64,000 nucleotides of DNA from an uncultured candidate division Zixibacteria bacterium (GCA_963668625.2 CAXXKA010000001.1:64001-128000), one strand, 5' to 3'; positions 48,140 to 58,841 are shown, numbered from the stretch's first letter. Notes: generated by a model from the letters alone, not told the origin. Translations and numbers: made by a program.

Positions 48140-49089
48140 AAATCAAAGCGATTTCATTATTTATTATTATGGTATTCTTATCTGGTTATAGTTGTATAGA
48201 TGATAACCCCACTGACCCCGATTATGTCGATGATGATTCGAATTTGGCCAGGGGAGCCTGGACTATAGCCTCGCCGCCGTCAGGCAAACAGGTGGCGGCT
48301 ATTAACAAGATGTTATGGTATAATCCGTACGATCCTGTATCGATTACCGATATCTGGCCTGACAGCACCGTAGATGTTTCCGAAAATAAACAAACGGTTT
48401 TATATCTCGATTATAGCTTGTTTGACATACTTTATTTGGACAGCGCCTCCTGGTGCGGTATTATGAGAACAACGTTCGAACTCGAGAGCACGATCGATTA
48501 CGAATACCTTAATCTCTGGCTGAAAGTTGATACGCTAATCGGCGTGAGCGATGTTGTATTCAATATCGATATCGGCGTTATAAGCGAGGATATCAATTAT
48601 AACGGCAGGCTCGAGACCGAGGATAGAAATTTAAACGGAGTATTCGAATCGAACGAGGATACCGGGCTTGATACTTTAACCGATGCCCAGGAGATGGCTG
48701 TAATACTAGATCCGGTTTATCCCGATGATCCGAGTGGCGATAACTGGGAATGGAGCGACAGCTATACATATACTTATATTAACGGTACCGAGGGGAACAG
48801 GAACGACTCGCAGAGAGAGAATTTGCCTGATACAGAGGATATTAACGGTGACGGAAGCCTGAATCTCGATAATGCTTATTTCGAGTATCGTATAGATCCG
48901 TTTAATTCTACATATGTCCAAACGGTTACCTCCACCGGCTGGATCAACATACGCATTCCGATTTACGAACAGAGCGCCTATCAAGTTATAGGAAACGCCT
49001 CATTCGATAATTTAAATTGTTTAAGAATATGGTTGCCTGTCGATGAAAATAGAGTTAAGATAATGATTGCCGTACTTGATTTGGAGTAA
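48118..49089 (+). CDS. Lipoprotein consisting of a duplicate of an internal SprA soluble domain
   Basis: Lipobox-like 'FLSGYSC-IDDNPTDP'; colinear similarity to SprA residues encoded at about 44430-45280 (WYNPYDP, ISEDI, TEDRN.NGVFE.NEDTGLDTL, INGTEGNR, DTEDING). Confidence 0.8.
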   Translation: MDGIKILKIKAISLFIIMVFLSGYSCIDDNPTDPDYVDDDSNLARGAWTIASPPSGKQVAAINKMLWYNPYDPVSITDIWPDSTVDVSENKQTVLYLDYSLFDILYLDSASWCGIMRTTFELESTIDYEYLNLWLKVDTLIGVSDVVFNIDIGVISEDINYNGRLETEDRNLNGVFESNEDTGLDTLTDAQEMAVILDPVYPDDPSGDNWEWSDSYTYTYINGTEGNRNDSQRENLPDTEDINGDGSLNLDNAYFEYRIDPFNSTYVQTVTSTGWINIRIPIYEQSAYQVIGNASFDNLNCLRIWLPVDENRVKIMIAVLDLE

Positions 49090-49114
49090 CATAGGAAACT
49101 GGCTGATTAGTTAA

Positions 49115-50044
49115 ATGCAATCGATGGGCATAGTGAATAAATTATCCGTATCCGTATTGATTTTGGCTGCCTGGGTCATATTCAGCGGTTGTTCGCAAAG
49201 CATTCCGAAATTCGATAAAGCTAAATCGTACAATTATATTATCGAGCAATGCGCGTTCGGCGCTCGCGTACCCAACAGTGAGGCCCACGATAAGTGCGAG
49301 GACTATCTATTTGACAAATTGTCCGAATTCTCCGAAAATGTCAGACGCCAGAAATTCACTTACTATGATAGCTCCCGTGCGGATACGCTCCATCTGACTA
49401 ACTTATTAGCTTCTTTTTACCCGGAAGAAACGCAGCGTATTCTTCTGTGCGCACACTGGGATTGTCGACCGTGGGCGGATAAAGAGGCCGATTCGAGTTT
49501 ACATAACCAACCGGTTATGGGCGCTAATGATGGAGCCTCCGGTGTGGCTCTACTTTTGACACTGGCCGAGATAATCAAGAATAATCCTCCCGGAATGGGC
49601 GTGGATATTATCTTCTTCGATGGTGAAGATTACGGCAAATATAATGAATCGGACGAGTGGCTCCTGGGTAGCAAGTACTTTACGGAAAATATCGGTAATT
49701 ATCACCCCATGTATGTTATTCTTGTCGATATGATCGGTGATAGCGATTTGAATATCCATAAAGATTATTACTCCAATACATATAGCGGCTGGTTGACCAA
49801 TCGTGTTTGGAAAGCTGCCGAGATCGAACAGGCCGAGCATTTTCACCCCGATGTTTTACACACTGTTTATGATGACCACGTACCATTTTTGCTAATCGGG
49901 ATTCCGGCCGTGGATATTATTGACATGGACTATAAATGGTGGCATACTCTTAAAGATATTCCCGAAAACTGCTCGCCGGAAAGTCTTGACGAGGTCGGCA
50001 GGGTGGTGATAAGAGTGCTGTATGATAAAGAGTTACGAGGATGA
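49115..50044 (+). CDS. M28 family metallopeptidase / glutaminyl-cyclase-like lipoprotein
   Basis: AHWD, GANDGASGVA, FDGEDYG, DMIGD, DDHVPF, WHT; lipobox FSGC. Confidence 0.88.
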   Translation: MQSMGIVNKLSVSVLILAAWVIFSGCSQSIPKFDKAKSYNYIIEQCAFGARVPNSEAHDKCEDYLFDKLSEFSENVRRQKFTYYDSSRADTLHLTNLLASFYPEETQRILLCAHWDCRPWADKEADSSLHNQPVMGANDGASGVALLLTLAEIIKNNPPGMGVDIIFFDGEDYGKYNESDEWLLGSKYFTENIGNYHPMYVILVDMIGDSDLNIHKDYYSNTYSGWLTNRVWKAAEIEQAEHFHPDVLHTVYDDHVPFLLIGIPAVDIIDMDYKWWHTLKDIPENCSPESLDEVGRVVIRVLYDKELRG

Positions 50045-50103
50045 TCTGATATATTGCGCAACATGCGTTCCGAATTTCCGTATTACTGAAAGTAATTAAG
50101 GAG

Positions 50104-51258
50104 ATGGAAATGAGAAGACTGAGTTTAATAACTCTTATTATATTTATGGTTTCATCGCCAACTTACGCCCAGGAAAACCATTCGGCATTCGTTGGGACGT
50201 TTTCTAGCACATCATCTAATGCCACGATATTAGAGATTAGAACACCCGAGAATATCAGAAGCGATATAACGGTTGAGACACACGAGTTCAATACCATTGA
50301 GGGTAACTTCCGCATCTGGGCCAGAGCTAAAAGCAAGGAGCAGGAGAATCGCTTTATCAAGCTTATCGAGGTAAAACTGGATGAGCGTGGTGGTAATGAG
50401 CAAACTGTCAGGGTACGCGTGCTAACTCCAAAAACTGCCCCCTGGCAAGGAACATCGTATGTTATAGGGGCCAGTCTCGAGATCAAAATACCTGAAGGCT
50501 TTAGGGTCGATTCGCGAAGCATGTTCGGCAATGTGACCATTGAGGGACCGCTAAGCTATGTTGAGGTAGACTGCGAAAACGGCTCGGTAGAGGTTAATAA
50601 TGTCGATGGTGAGACGAATATCAGAACATCCAATGCCGATATCGATGTCAGCGATATAGAAGGATTGATAAGTATAGAAACCGTTCATTCGGATATTTTC
50701 GCCAGTGATATCAATATTACCGAGGAATGTGGCATATTCAGCTCGTCAGGGGGCGAACTCGAATTTGAAAATATCAACGGCCCAATCGAGGCTACCACCA
50801 GCAATGATGATATAACCGTGTACAACCTCAATACCGAGACCGGGGCAATACTGTTGCGCAATACTTACGGTAAAATCAAAGGTTCAAATATCCGGGGAGA
50901 ACTAGTTGCCGAAACGAGTTACCAACCTATTGAGCTGGAAGATATTCATCTGGTGAAAGGTGTTTGCAAGTTCGAGACGATGTATTCTCCCATCGATGTC
51001 GAAATCGCTGAAATCGGCGATTCACATCTGCTGATAAGTAACACGTTCAACGCTATCAACCTGAAACTACCCACCGATACCTCCGCCAAGCTGATTCTAA
51101 ATGTCGGCGAGGGTGGGAAAATCCACACGAAAGGACTATCAATCAAGCCGCTCGTTATGGATAAAAATCGGCTGGTTGGCATAGTCGGGGATGGCATTTC
51201 TCGAATAGAGGCAAATGTAGAGGGCATCGGTTCGATAAATATTAACGGCGAACGTTAA
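50104..51258 (+). CDS. DUF4097-type beta-strand-repeat (adhesin-like) exported protein
   Basis: Signal peptide, 'LEIKIP', repeated 'TSNxDI / xxGxIxxxNIxG' units. Confidence 0.7.
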   Translation: MEMRRLSLITLIIFMVSSPTYAQENHSAFVGTFSSTSSNATILEIRTPENIRSDITVETHEFNTIEGNFRIWARAKSKEQENRFIKLIEVKLDERGGNEQTVRVRVLTPKTAPWQGTSYVIGASLEIKIPEGFRVDSRSMFGNVTIEGPLSYVEVDCENGSVEVNNVDGETNIRTSNADIDVSDIEGLISIETVHSDIFASDINITEECGIFSSSGGELEFENINGPIEATTSNDDITVYNLNTETGAILLRNTYGKIKGSNIRGELVAETSYQPIELEDIHLVKGVCKFETMYSPIDVEIAEIGDSHLLISNTFNAINLKLPTDTSAKLILNVGEGGKIHTKGLSIKPLVMDKNRLVGIVGDGISRIEANVEGIGSININGER

Positions 51259-52718
51259 TCGATTTGTTTATAATCTAAAATTTCCACCCGTAAAGTTGTC
51301 ATACTTCCCATAATAGCTGTTGCTTGTTTATCGAGGCTTCCGCTTGCCAGCATGATATGGGCGGCATCGGCGATATCCTCACCCCAGGTGGGATCCATCT
51401 GAATCCACTCGCCGATATAGACCTCTACCCAGGCGTGATAACCGAATCCCTCCAGGTACGGCGCATAAGCCACTCCGGCGGCAATACGGGCCGGTATTCC
51501 TGCAGCTCGCAGCAGGGCAACAGTCAAGGCGGCATGCTCGCCGCAATCACCACGTTTCAGCTTTAATGTCTGTACTGCATTGGAAATATCGGGTGAAAAT
51601 TGCTTGTTGATATTACTATATACCCAGCGATTGATCTTGCAGGCGGCCGCGAATCCGGTGCTTTTATCCTGAAGTATTTCATCCGCCAGCGAGACTATCT
51701 CCTCGGCGTCAGACTGAATCAGATGATCGCTGTCGAGATATCGTGTCAATTCTTTCGGGATTGCAGGCATATTATTATCGGTCGGATCGAATTTATCGAT
51801 TGGACTAATGACCGTGATTTTAAATGTATCGTTTTGGGATGGTTCGATTTTTGTCCATTTGTTTTCAGGCAAAAACTCGCTGTTATAACCACTTATTCTG
51901 TATTTCGCCTCGGTCACGAGTTTGGGATCGGCAGGTCCGCTTGGTGTTTTGATAATGCTAGCGGCTAGAATGTCATATCCTTCGTTAATATCTTTTGCGA
52001 CAGACTCCGACTCGAGTTTCATTACTATCCCCATGGAGGGATATTCCTGATAAATCAGATTCCCGTTCATATCTATCGAGTTTTTTCCGCCTATATGCAT
52101 GGAGGGAATACTGTCGATGAACGTATAAACCTCGGTTGGAACGCCAAAGAGCGGTATGGTTTCCTTTCCGGTGAGAGTTGCTATATGCTTGATTCTATCA
52201 AGAATGCTGGGATCGAATACGAAAACCTCCTGCTCGATTTTATCGCCGTTGGCTAATTCCCCGTCATGTGCCCTCATTTGTAAGGTCAAATAATCGTCCA
52301 ATGATTCCGGAGGATAGTCAAGTACTTGATTTTGTTTGTTGCCCATGATATCGATCTCGAACGAGTAATTCTCGGTTCCCTGTTTACCGTTAATTATGAT
52401 GGATCCAAGACCGCTTTCGGAGATATATTTATTAGCCACGATCTCAGCTTTATCTCCATTATAAATTCGGGATTCAATCGATTTAAGCTCGATATCGCCC
52501 TGTCCGGTATTCAATTTCATCAACAATTCCGTCTCATATTGCCAGCTTTGATCTCCGGTTCTATCGATTGAGATTTTAGCGTAACCCATTTTCATATCCT
52601 GCATATAGATTCCGTACCATAAAGTCCCCAGGAATGGATCGAACCTGTCGGGTGAAAGATCGGCAAATGATATGGAGCATAACGATAACAATATTATAAG
52701 AATAATAGCTTTCTTCAT
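51255..52718 (-). CDS. Exported transglutaminase-like domain protein
   Basis: Catalytic triad motifs GDCGEHA, LLRAAGIPAR, YHAWVEVY, MDPTW; signal peptide from ATG 52718 (GGGAGG RBS). Confidence 0.87.
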   Translation of the reverse strand: MKKAIILIILLSLCSISFADLSPDRFDPFLGTLWYGIYMQDMKMGYAKISIDRTGDQSWQYETELLMKLNTGQGDIELKSIESRIYNGDKAEIVANKYISESGLGSIIINGKQGTENYSFEIDIMGNKQNQVLDYPPESLDDYLTLQMRAHDGELANGDKIEQEVFVFDPSILDRIKHIATLTGKETIPLFGVPTEVYTFIDSIPSMHIGGKNSIDMNGNLIYQEYPSMGIVMKLESESVAKDINEGYDILAASIIKTPSGPADPKLVTEAKYRISGYNSEFLPENKWTKIEPSQNDTFKITVISPIDKFDPTDNNMPAIPKELTRYLDSDHLIQSDAEEIVSLADEILQDKSTGFAAACKINRWVYSNINKQFSPDISNAVQTLKLKRGDCGEHAALTVALLRAAGIPARIAAGVAYAPYLEGFGYHAWVEVYIGEWIQMDPTWGEDIADAAHIMLASGSLDKQATAIMGSMTTLRVEILDYKQID

Positions 52719-52792
52719 AGAACCCTCCCTTAAATATAAAGGCCACCCAATCAGTGAATTCGATCGGATGGCCTTTGAAATTCTTCGTTTAT

Positions 52793-53776
52793 TCAATTCA
52801 TCGATTTTAGCTTTTCGGTTAACGCCGGTACGAACTCGAACAGGTCGCCGACTATACCATAGGTAGCCACCTTGAATATCGGCGCTTCCTCATCACGGTT
52901 GATAGCCACGATGACTTTCGAGGATTGCATCCCCACCAGATGTTGGATCGCGCCGGAGATACCGCAGGCTACGTAGAGCTTGGGATTGACTGTCTTACCG
53001 GTCTGTCCGACCTGATGGGCATATGGTATCCAGCCGGCATCGACTGTAGCCCGCGAAGCGCCGACCGCCGCATCCAGGGTATCTGCCAACTCGTTGATCA
53101 GCTTGAAATTTTCGGGTTCGCGTAAACCTCTGCCTCCGGATACTATGATGTCGGCATCGGTTAAGCTGACGGTTTGTCCACCCTCGGAAACTTTCTCGAT
53201 CACTTTCGCCCTTGAGCCATGTTTCGAGCCGTCATAGTCTATACTTTCGGTATTGCCCGTGCGGCCATCATCCGGGGAGGCATCGGCAAATGCTTTGGAG
53301 CGAATAGTAGCTATCTGTGGCCCCTCGCCAGCGGGGGTGACTTTTAGAATTGCTTTTCCGCCGTAAGCTGGACGGGTAGCCAGTATGTTATCGCCATCCC
53401 ATTCCAGAGCGGTGATATCGGGAGCGAGGCCGGATTTTAATATGGCAGCCAGACGGGGGAACAACTCTTTGCCGAAAAAGCTAGCGCCGCCTAAGATAAC
53501 TCTGGGAGAATCTTTAGCTACGACATCAGCGGCTATTTTAGCATAGCTCTCATCGATGAAATGTTCGACCTCGGTCGAGTCGCAGGAGTAAACCGTATCC
53601 GCGCCCAGTTTTATCAACTGCTCGGCGGCGGCGGCGATATCCTTGCCGATTACCAGACCCGTTACCTGCATGCCTTTTTCATCAGCCATTTTGCGTGAGA
53701 TACCAACAACCTGTTTGCTTATGGGAGCCAGTTCGGAGCCTTTTAGTTCTGCTATAAATAGAATGCCGTTGGCCAT
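52793..53776 (-). CDS. etfA: Electron transfer flavoprotein alpha subunit
   Basis: [59 protein letters not shown]. Confidence 0.95.
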   Translation of the reverse strand: MANGILFIAELKGSELAPISKQVVGISRKMADEKGMQVTGLVIGKDIAAAAEQLIKLGADTVYSCDSTEVEHFIDESYAKIAADVVAKDSPRVILGGASFFGKELFPRLAAILKSGLAPDITALEWDGDNILATRPAYGGKAILKVTPAGEGPQIATIRSKAFADASPDDGRTGNTESIDYDGSKHGSRAKVIEKVSEGGQTVSLTDADIIVSGGRGLREPENFKLINELADTLDAAVGASRATVDAGWIPYAHQVGQTGKTVNPKLYVACGISGAIQHLVGMQSSKVIVAINRDEEAPIFKVATYGIVGDLFEFVPALTEKLKSMN

Positions 53777-54940
53777 TTATTTCTCCTTTCTCAGAGTCGA
53801 GATTATTTCAAAATAGATATCATCGAATGAACTACCCGATAACGCGGCGGCCTCGGCCACATTATCATATTCCGGGAAATATAACACCTTGCCCTCATAG
53901 GATGCAAGTTTTACGCTGAATTCTCCGTATTTAGTCGGGACGATAATTTCTTTGCGCGGAAGAATATTACGCTTTACTCGACCTTTCCTGATACCCAGTG
54001 TAACTCCCGAGCTGAAAATGATATCGGTTATTTTAGATTCGCGTTCATCATCGCAAATAACCGAAAGCATCTGGCCGGGGCGATTTTTTTTCATTTGTAT
54101 GGGAGTGATAAAAACATCCAGCGCCCCCGCTTTAAGAAGTCTATCCATCAGGTAACCGATATGCTCCGGGGAGGTTCTATCGAGATTGGTTTCGAGCAGG
54201 TTGATCTCATCACTTTCTATATCTTCAATGGTATTTCCGATTATCAGCCGCAGTAAATTCGGCAGCTTATCGAATTCACGAGTACCCGAGCCGTAGCCTG
54301 AGTTTTCCGGCATGTAAGATGGCACCGGTGAGAAATCAGCCATCGTGGTCAGTATAGCCGCGCCGGTGGGGGTGAGTATCTCCTGCGTGATCTCGGTTTG
54401 TTTGACCGGGAAGCCTTTTATCAACTCCGCAGTAGCCGGGGCAGGTACAGGCATCACGCCATGCTGAGTGTTTACCGTGCCACTGCCGATTGTCAGGGGA
54501 GAGCAATATATTTTCTCGATACCCAGCATATCGAATGCGATAGCCGCGCCACAGATATCGATTATGGCATCGACCATACCTACCTCGTGAAAATGCACGG
54601 TCTCGACTGTCTCGCCATGAACTTTGGCCTCGGCAATGGCCAGCTTACCGAATATCTTTTTAGCGTTGGCCTTTACATTATCTTTTAATCCTGAGTCATC
54701 TATTATTTTCTCGATATCAGCTAATCCTCTATGGGAATGTGTCTCCTCGATTTCGATATTCAGGTAGGTTGCCGCCAGATGGCTTCGCGTGACCTTCTTT
54801 TCCTCTATCGAGTAACCTTTCAGGGGAATTTTTGCCAGCTCCGCTTTTAGACTATCCAGAGACAGCCCGCTATCTACCAGCGAGGCTAAGATCATATCAC
54901 CGGCGGCGCCGCAGATTAAATTGAAATATGCTATTTTCAT
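53777..54940 (-). CDS. larC: Nickel pincer cofactor biosynthesis protein LarC
   Basis: GAAGDMIL, AEAKVHG...VHFHEVG.VDAIIDI, HGVMPVPAPAT, TPTGAA, ETNLD, MKKNRPG, PEYD. Confidence 0.92.
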   Translation of the reverse strand: MKIAYFNLICGAAGDMILASLVDSGLSLDSLKAELAKIPLKGYSIEEKKVTRSHLAATYLNIEIEETHSHRGLADIEKIIDDSGLKDNVKANAKKIFGKLAIAEAKVHGETVETVHFHEVGMVDAIIDICGAAIAFDMLGIEKIYCSPLTIGSGTVNTQHGVMPVPAPATAELIKGFPVKQTEITQEILTPTGAAILTTMADFSPVPSYMPENSGYGSGTREFDKLPNLLRLIIGNTIEDIESDEINLLETNLDRTSPEHIGYLMDRLLKAGALDVFITPIQMKKNRPGQMLSVICDDERESKITDIIFSSGVTLGIRKGRVKRNILPRKEIIVPTKYGEFSVKLASYEGKVLYFPEYDNVAEAAALSGSSFDDIYFEIISTLRKEK

Positions 54941-55707
54941 TTATCATCCTTTTTACTTCTAAGCCTCAATATGGCATTGGCCGCACAGGCGGCTCCGAAA
55001 CCGTTATCGATATTGACGACCGTAACACCCGGTACGCATGAGTTGAGCATCGAGAGAAGCGCCGATACGCCTTTGAACGAGGCTCCATAACCGACTGATG
55101 TAGGAACCGCTATCACCGGCTTATCGACCAGCCCGCCGACTACCGAGGCCAGCGCACCCTCCATACCGGCCACCACGATTAACACATCCGCCTCCTCGAA
55201 CGCCGATTTATACGCCAGCAAGCGATGGACACCCGCCACGCCAACATCGAACACCCGCTTTACCGAATATCCCGCCACCTCGGCTGTTATTGCGGCTTCC
55301 TCGGCCACTGGAATATCGGAGGTTCCGGCAGAGATAACAAGTACGGATCCATCCCGATTTAGCTTTTTACCGCTATTTGGGATATGAATTATCCGGGCAT
55401 CGGGATTGAATGTTGCAGATTGAAACTTGCTCTTGACAAGCTGATAAGCTTTTTTCTCGGTTCTACTGATTAGTACATCTGCGCCTTTTTTATTCATCAT
55501 ACCGGCGATTTTAACTATTTGCTCATCGGTTTTTCCGGGCGCGTAGATCACCTCGGGCATACCGGTGCGCAACGTTCTATGATGGTCTATTTTGGCGAAA
55601 CCGGCATCCTCGAACGGCAGATCTTTTAATGTCTTGAAAGCCTGCTCGGGATCAGTTTTTCCCGAGGCTACTTCCTGCAATAGTTTCTTTATATTCTTCG
55701 GTTCCAT
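54937..55707 (-). CDS. larB: Nickel pincer cofactor biosynthesis protein LarB (PurE-like)
   Basis: DHHR..RTG.PEVIYAPGKT, AGTSDIPVAEEA, DVGVAGVHRL, AGMEGAL, PTSVGYG, VVNIDNGFGA. Confidence 0.94.
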   Translation of the reverse strand: MEPKNIKKLLQEVASGKTDPEQAFKTLKDLPFEDAGFAKIDHHRTLRTGMPEVIYAPGKTDEQIVKIAGMMNKKGADVLISRTEKKAYQLVKSKFQSATFNPDARIIHIPNSGKKLNRDGSVLVISAGTSDIPVAEEAAITAEVAGYSVKRVFDVGVAGVHRLLAYKSAFEEADVLIVVAGMEGALASVVGGLVDKPVIAVPTSVGYGASFKGVSALLSMLNSCVPGVTVVNIDNGFGAACAANAILRLRSKKDDK

Positions 55708-56677
55708 AACCTTTCTCTATCAACTCCAGCTTAAAGTTATTCAAAAGCTTTATCACCTCATCCTCGGCTGGTAATTGTACCAGTGTCGATCTGATACTAC
55801 CAACTCCGGGCAGCCCTCGAAGGTACCAGCATAGTTGATTTCTCATACGAACAAGGCCGTTATAAGGTCCGAATTTTTCTATGGATAAACGCAGATGCTC
55901 CAGCGCGGTTTCTATACGCGTATCGATGGTTGGCATGCTGGGTAGCACGCCCGTTTCGAGATAATGCTTGGTGCGCTGGAAAATCCAGGGATTACCGAAG
56001 GATGCCCGGCATATCATTACCGAATCGCAGCCGGTTTGCTCGAACATCTCTTTAGCTTTCTCCGGGCTGTCAATATCGCCGGAGCCGATTACCGGTACCT
56101 CGACCGCCTCTTTTACCAGCGCGATATGCTCCCAGTTGGATTTACCGGCAAACCCCTGCGTACGGGTTCGCGGGTGAAGGCATAAGCCGGCAATACCGAG
56201 GCTTTCGGCCATGCGAGCTACCTCGACCGCCACTATCGAATTTTCATCCCAACCGGAACGGTATTTCATCGTGACCGGCAGTTCGGTGGCTTTAACGACG
56301 CTGCTTATTATCTCCGCCAGTTTATCCAAATCTTTCAATAACGAGGAGCCTCCGTTTTTGCCTACCACTTTTCTAGCCGGGCAGCCACAATTAATATCGA
56401 TAAAATCCGGATTTAGCTTCGAGGCGGCCTCAGCAGCATTGGCCATGGAGTCGGGCCTGGCGCCGAAAAGCTGTATTCCAAATGGTCGCTCGGATTCCTC
56501 GAAAGCCATTAAGGCGTTGGTTTTTGGGCAGTTACGTATCAAGCCCTCGGCAGAAATCAATTCGCTCACGCAGGCATCGGCACCCCATTTTCGGGCTATT
56601 TGACGAGTGATTGAATCTGTAACGCCTGCCGCTGGAGCCAGCATTACCCATTTATATACTTTAAAGTTTACACGCAT
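55652..56677 (-). CDS. dusB: tRNA-dihydrouridine synthase DusB
   Basis: IQLFG, IDINCGCP, GSSLL, PVTMKYRSGWD, LHPRTRTQ, VIGSGDI, GNPWIF. Confidence 0.9.
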   Translation of the reverse strand: MRVNFKVYKWVMLAPAAGVTDSITRQIARKWGADACVSELISAEGLIRNCPKTNALMAFEESERPFGIQLFGARPDSMANAAEAASKLNPDFIDINCGCPARKVVGKNGGSSLLKDLDKLAEIISSVVKATELPVTMKYRSGWDENSIVAVEVARMAESLGIAGLCLHPRTRTQGFAGKSNWEHIALVKEAVEVPVIGSGDIDSPEKAKEMFEQTGCDSVMICRASFGNPWIFQRTKHYLETGVLPSMPTIDTRIETALEHLRLSIEKFGPYNGLVRMRNQLCWYLRGLPGVGSIRSTLVQLPAEDEVIKLLNNFKLELIEKGYGTEEYKETIAGSSLGKN

Positions 56678-56769
56678 GTTACCGAAAATATAACTGAAAT
56701 AGATTCAAGGCAAGATAAATTGACTTTTGAGAAAAGTATGATTTCCCTAATCGCCCGAAGGGGGAGTGT

Positions 56770-57465
56770 ATGCCGGAGATTGTAATAAAATATGAGGATA
56801 AAACCCTCGAAAAATTTATTACCGAAAAGAAACGGATAACCGTCGGCCGTACGGCCGATAACGATATAGTTTTGGAGAACAGGGCAATTTCCCGTCGCCA
56901 CGCTATTATCGAATTTGGAGAACAAAACGCCATTATCATGGATAATGAGTCTTTGAATGGAACCTTTGTTAACGCTCGTAAAGTTACAGAGGAGATATTA
57001 AAAGATAACGACACGATCACGATTGGAAAATATAATCTTATTTTCCACACCGAGGCAAAGAAGGATAACTCGCTTGTCGGTATGGATGGAACCATGGTGC
57101 TCCAGACCAAGAGACAAAAAGAGCTGATAGCTAAAGATAAAATGGCAAAAGAGTTGACAACCGAAGCAGGTTGTTCTATTCTTCTTGGCGAAGTTGGCGC
57201 CGAGCAAGATCAATATCCTTTAGCGCATAATGTGATTACTATCGGCAAGTCAAAATTGGCTAATATTAAGGCTAAGGGTTGGTTTCTTTCCGGTATTCAA
57301 GCTAAAGTTGTAAAGGATGGCGATGATTTTTGGATAGTAAACCTGGGACGAAAAGGGATGTCAAAAGTCAACGGGGAAGACGTTGACAATTACATGTTGA
57401 AAAACGATGACATTCTCCAGGTGGGCAAGACTACCTTCAGATTTATAGAGAATAGAAGTACATGA
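56770..57465 (+). CDS. Tandem FHA-domain protein
   Basis: FHA1 'VGR...NDIVL...ISRRHA...SLNGTFVN'; second, degenerate FHA 'IGKS...VNG...LKNDDILQVG'; linker DGTMVL. Confidence 0.88.
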   Translation: MPEIVIKYEDKTLEKFITEKKRITVGRTADNDIVLENRAISRRHAIIEFGEQNAIIMDNESLNGTFVNARKVTEEILKDNDTITIGKYNLIFHTEAKKDNSLVGMDGTMVLQTKRQKELIAKDKMAKELTTEAGCSILLGEVGAEQDQYPLAHNVITIGKSKLANIKAKGWFLSGIQAKVVKDGDDFWIVNLGRKGMSKVNGEDVDNYMLKNDDILQVGKTTFRFIENRST

Positions 57466-58190
57466 GATACGCATTTTTTTCCGATGTTCATGCCAATCTC
57501 GAGGCATTAAAAGCGGTAATTCTCGATTTTCGCAAAGAGAAAATCGATCGTATTTTTTTCCTCGGGGATGCTGTTGGCTACGGTCCGAATCCCAACGAGT
57601 GCGTGCAACTGATCGATGAGATTGCCGAGGTGAAATTAATGGGCAATCACGATTACGCCGCGCTGGGTTTGATGGATACCGATTATTTCAACCAGTACGC
57701 CGTTGAATCTATCGACTGGACCAAGCATTCACTCGGTGAGAAGACGATCGAGATCATGAGCGATTTCGAAATCACGACAGAGGTGGATGATATATTCATG
57801 GCGCACTCCTCACCCAAAGAACCCGAGCGCTGGCATTACATTCTCGATATGGATGATGTTCGGGAGAATTTCAATTTCTTTAAAAGCAAAATTTGCCTGG
57901 TCGGCCATACGCATCGGCCGTTTATAGTTTCTCTCAACGAGGATGGCAATACTGTCATATCTCATAAACAGGAGGAGAAACTATATCCCGACAGGAAATA
58001 CCTGATGAATATCGGATCGGTAGGGCAGCCACGAGATGGCGACCCGCGTAGCGCTTACCTGATTATCGACAGCGATGAGCAGAAAGCTTTTTGCAAACGA
58101 GTGTCTTATGATTTGAATAACACACAAAAACAGATGGCTGAACATGGTTTGCCGGAATACCTTATAGAAAGATTGGCAGTAGGAAGATAG
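57462..58190 (+). CDS. Calcineurin-like metallophosphoesterase
   Basis: SDVHAN, LGDAVGYG, GNHD, AHSSP, GHTH, NIGSVGQPRDG. Confidence 0.9.
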   Translation: MRYAFFSDVHANLEALKAVILDFRKEKIDRIFFLGDAVGYGPNPNECVQLIDEIAEVKLMGNHDYAALGLMDTDYFNQYAVESIDWTKHSLGEKTIEIMSDFEITTEVDDIFMAHSSPKEPERWHYILDMDDVRENFNFFKSKICLVGHTHRPFIVSLNEDGNTVISHKQEEKLYPDRKYLMNIGSVGQPRDGDPRSAYLIIDSDEQKAFCKRVSYDLNNTQKQMAEHGLPEYLIERLAVGR

Positions 58191-58191
58191 T

Positions 58192-58347
58192 ATGTCGAAA
58201 GAGCAAAAAGAGGTTGGATTCAGGCTGGTAATGTTTATCGCTGCTTTGGCCGTGATGATATTAATGGCGGGTTTCGGTTTCACCTCGGATGAGGAACAAA
58301 ATACGGCAACCAACCTGGATGATATAAGTATTTCGATAAACCAGTAG
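58192..58347 (+). CDS. Small single-pass membrane protein (51 aa, below the ORF-track cutoff)
   Basis: MSKEQKEVGFRLVMFIAALAVMILMAGFGFTSDEEQNTATNLDDISISINQ, starting 1 nt after the phosphoesterase stop. Confidence 0.5.
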   Translation: MSKEQKEVGFRLVMFIAALAVMILMAGFGFTSDEEQNTATNLDDISISINQ

Positions 58348-58841
58348 CCCTATTTTCGCGATTCAAAGTACCTATATTCATTTTCAAGCTTCATATAATT
58401 ATTGTTGAGCTGTAATTAATCTTTCAATCATTCCTACCCCCATCGGGGAATGAGGTGGAGGATTACCTTACCGGCAGGGTGAGTATTTTCGGAATACGGA
58501 TATGCCATTCATGACCGGCAACCAGGCCGATAGTACTGCCAATCTTTCTGATGGCGAATCTAGAGATCGAATTAATAATACAGGGAAAGTATATAAAAGG
58601 TATAATTAATCGATAGCTTTTAAGCCTTCTCCAATAACTGACAATAAAATATTTCCAATCAACCCATTGTGTTGTTAATTGTTACGTTTTTTTAACTTAG
58701 CTATCAAATTATCTTTAAAGCATTCTCAAGAAAGGTAAAGTTAGGGATAAACTATGCCGAATCATATACTATAATAAGACATTTGCGTTTGGTTTTTGGT
58801 TGTCAAATGAGGCCCGGTAAAGGGCTCGTGTAGGACTTCAA

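Noticed and set aside
58400-58600. Possible structured ncRNA upstream of the kinase gene
   Set aside because: Only a short imperfect hairpin (TCATTCC...GGAATGA) is visible, with no tRNA, riboswitch or other recognisable consensus.
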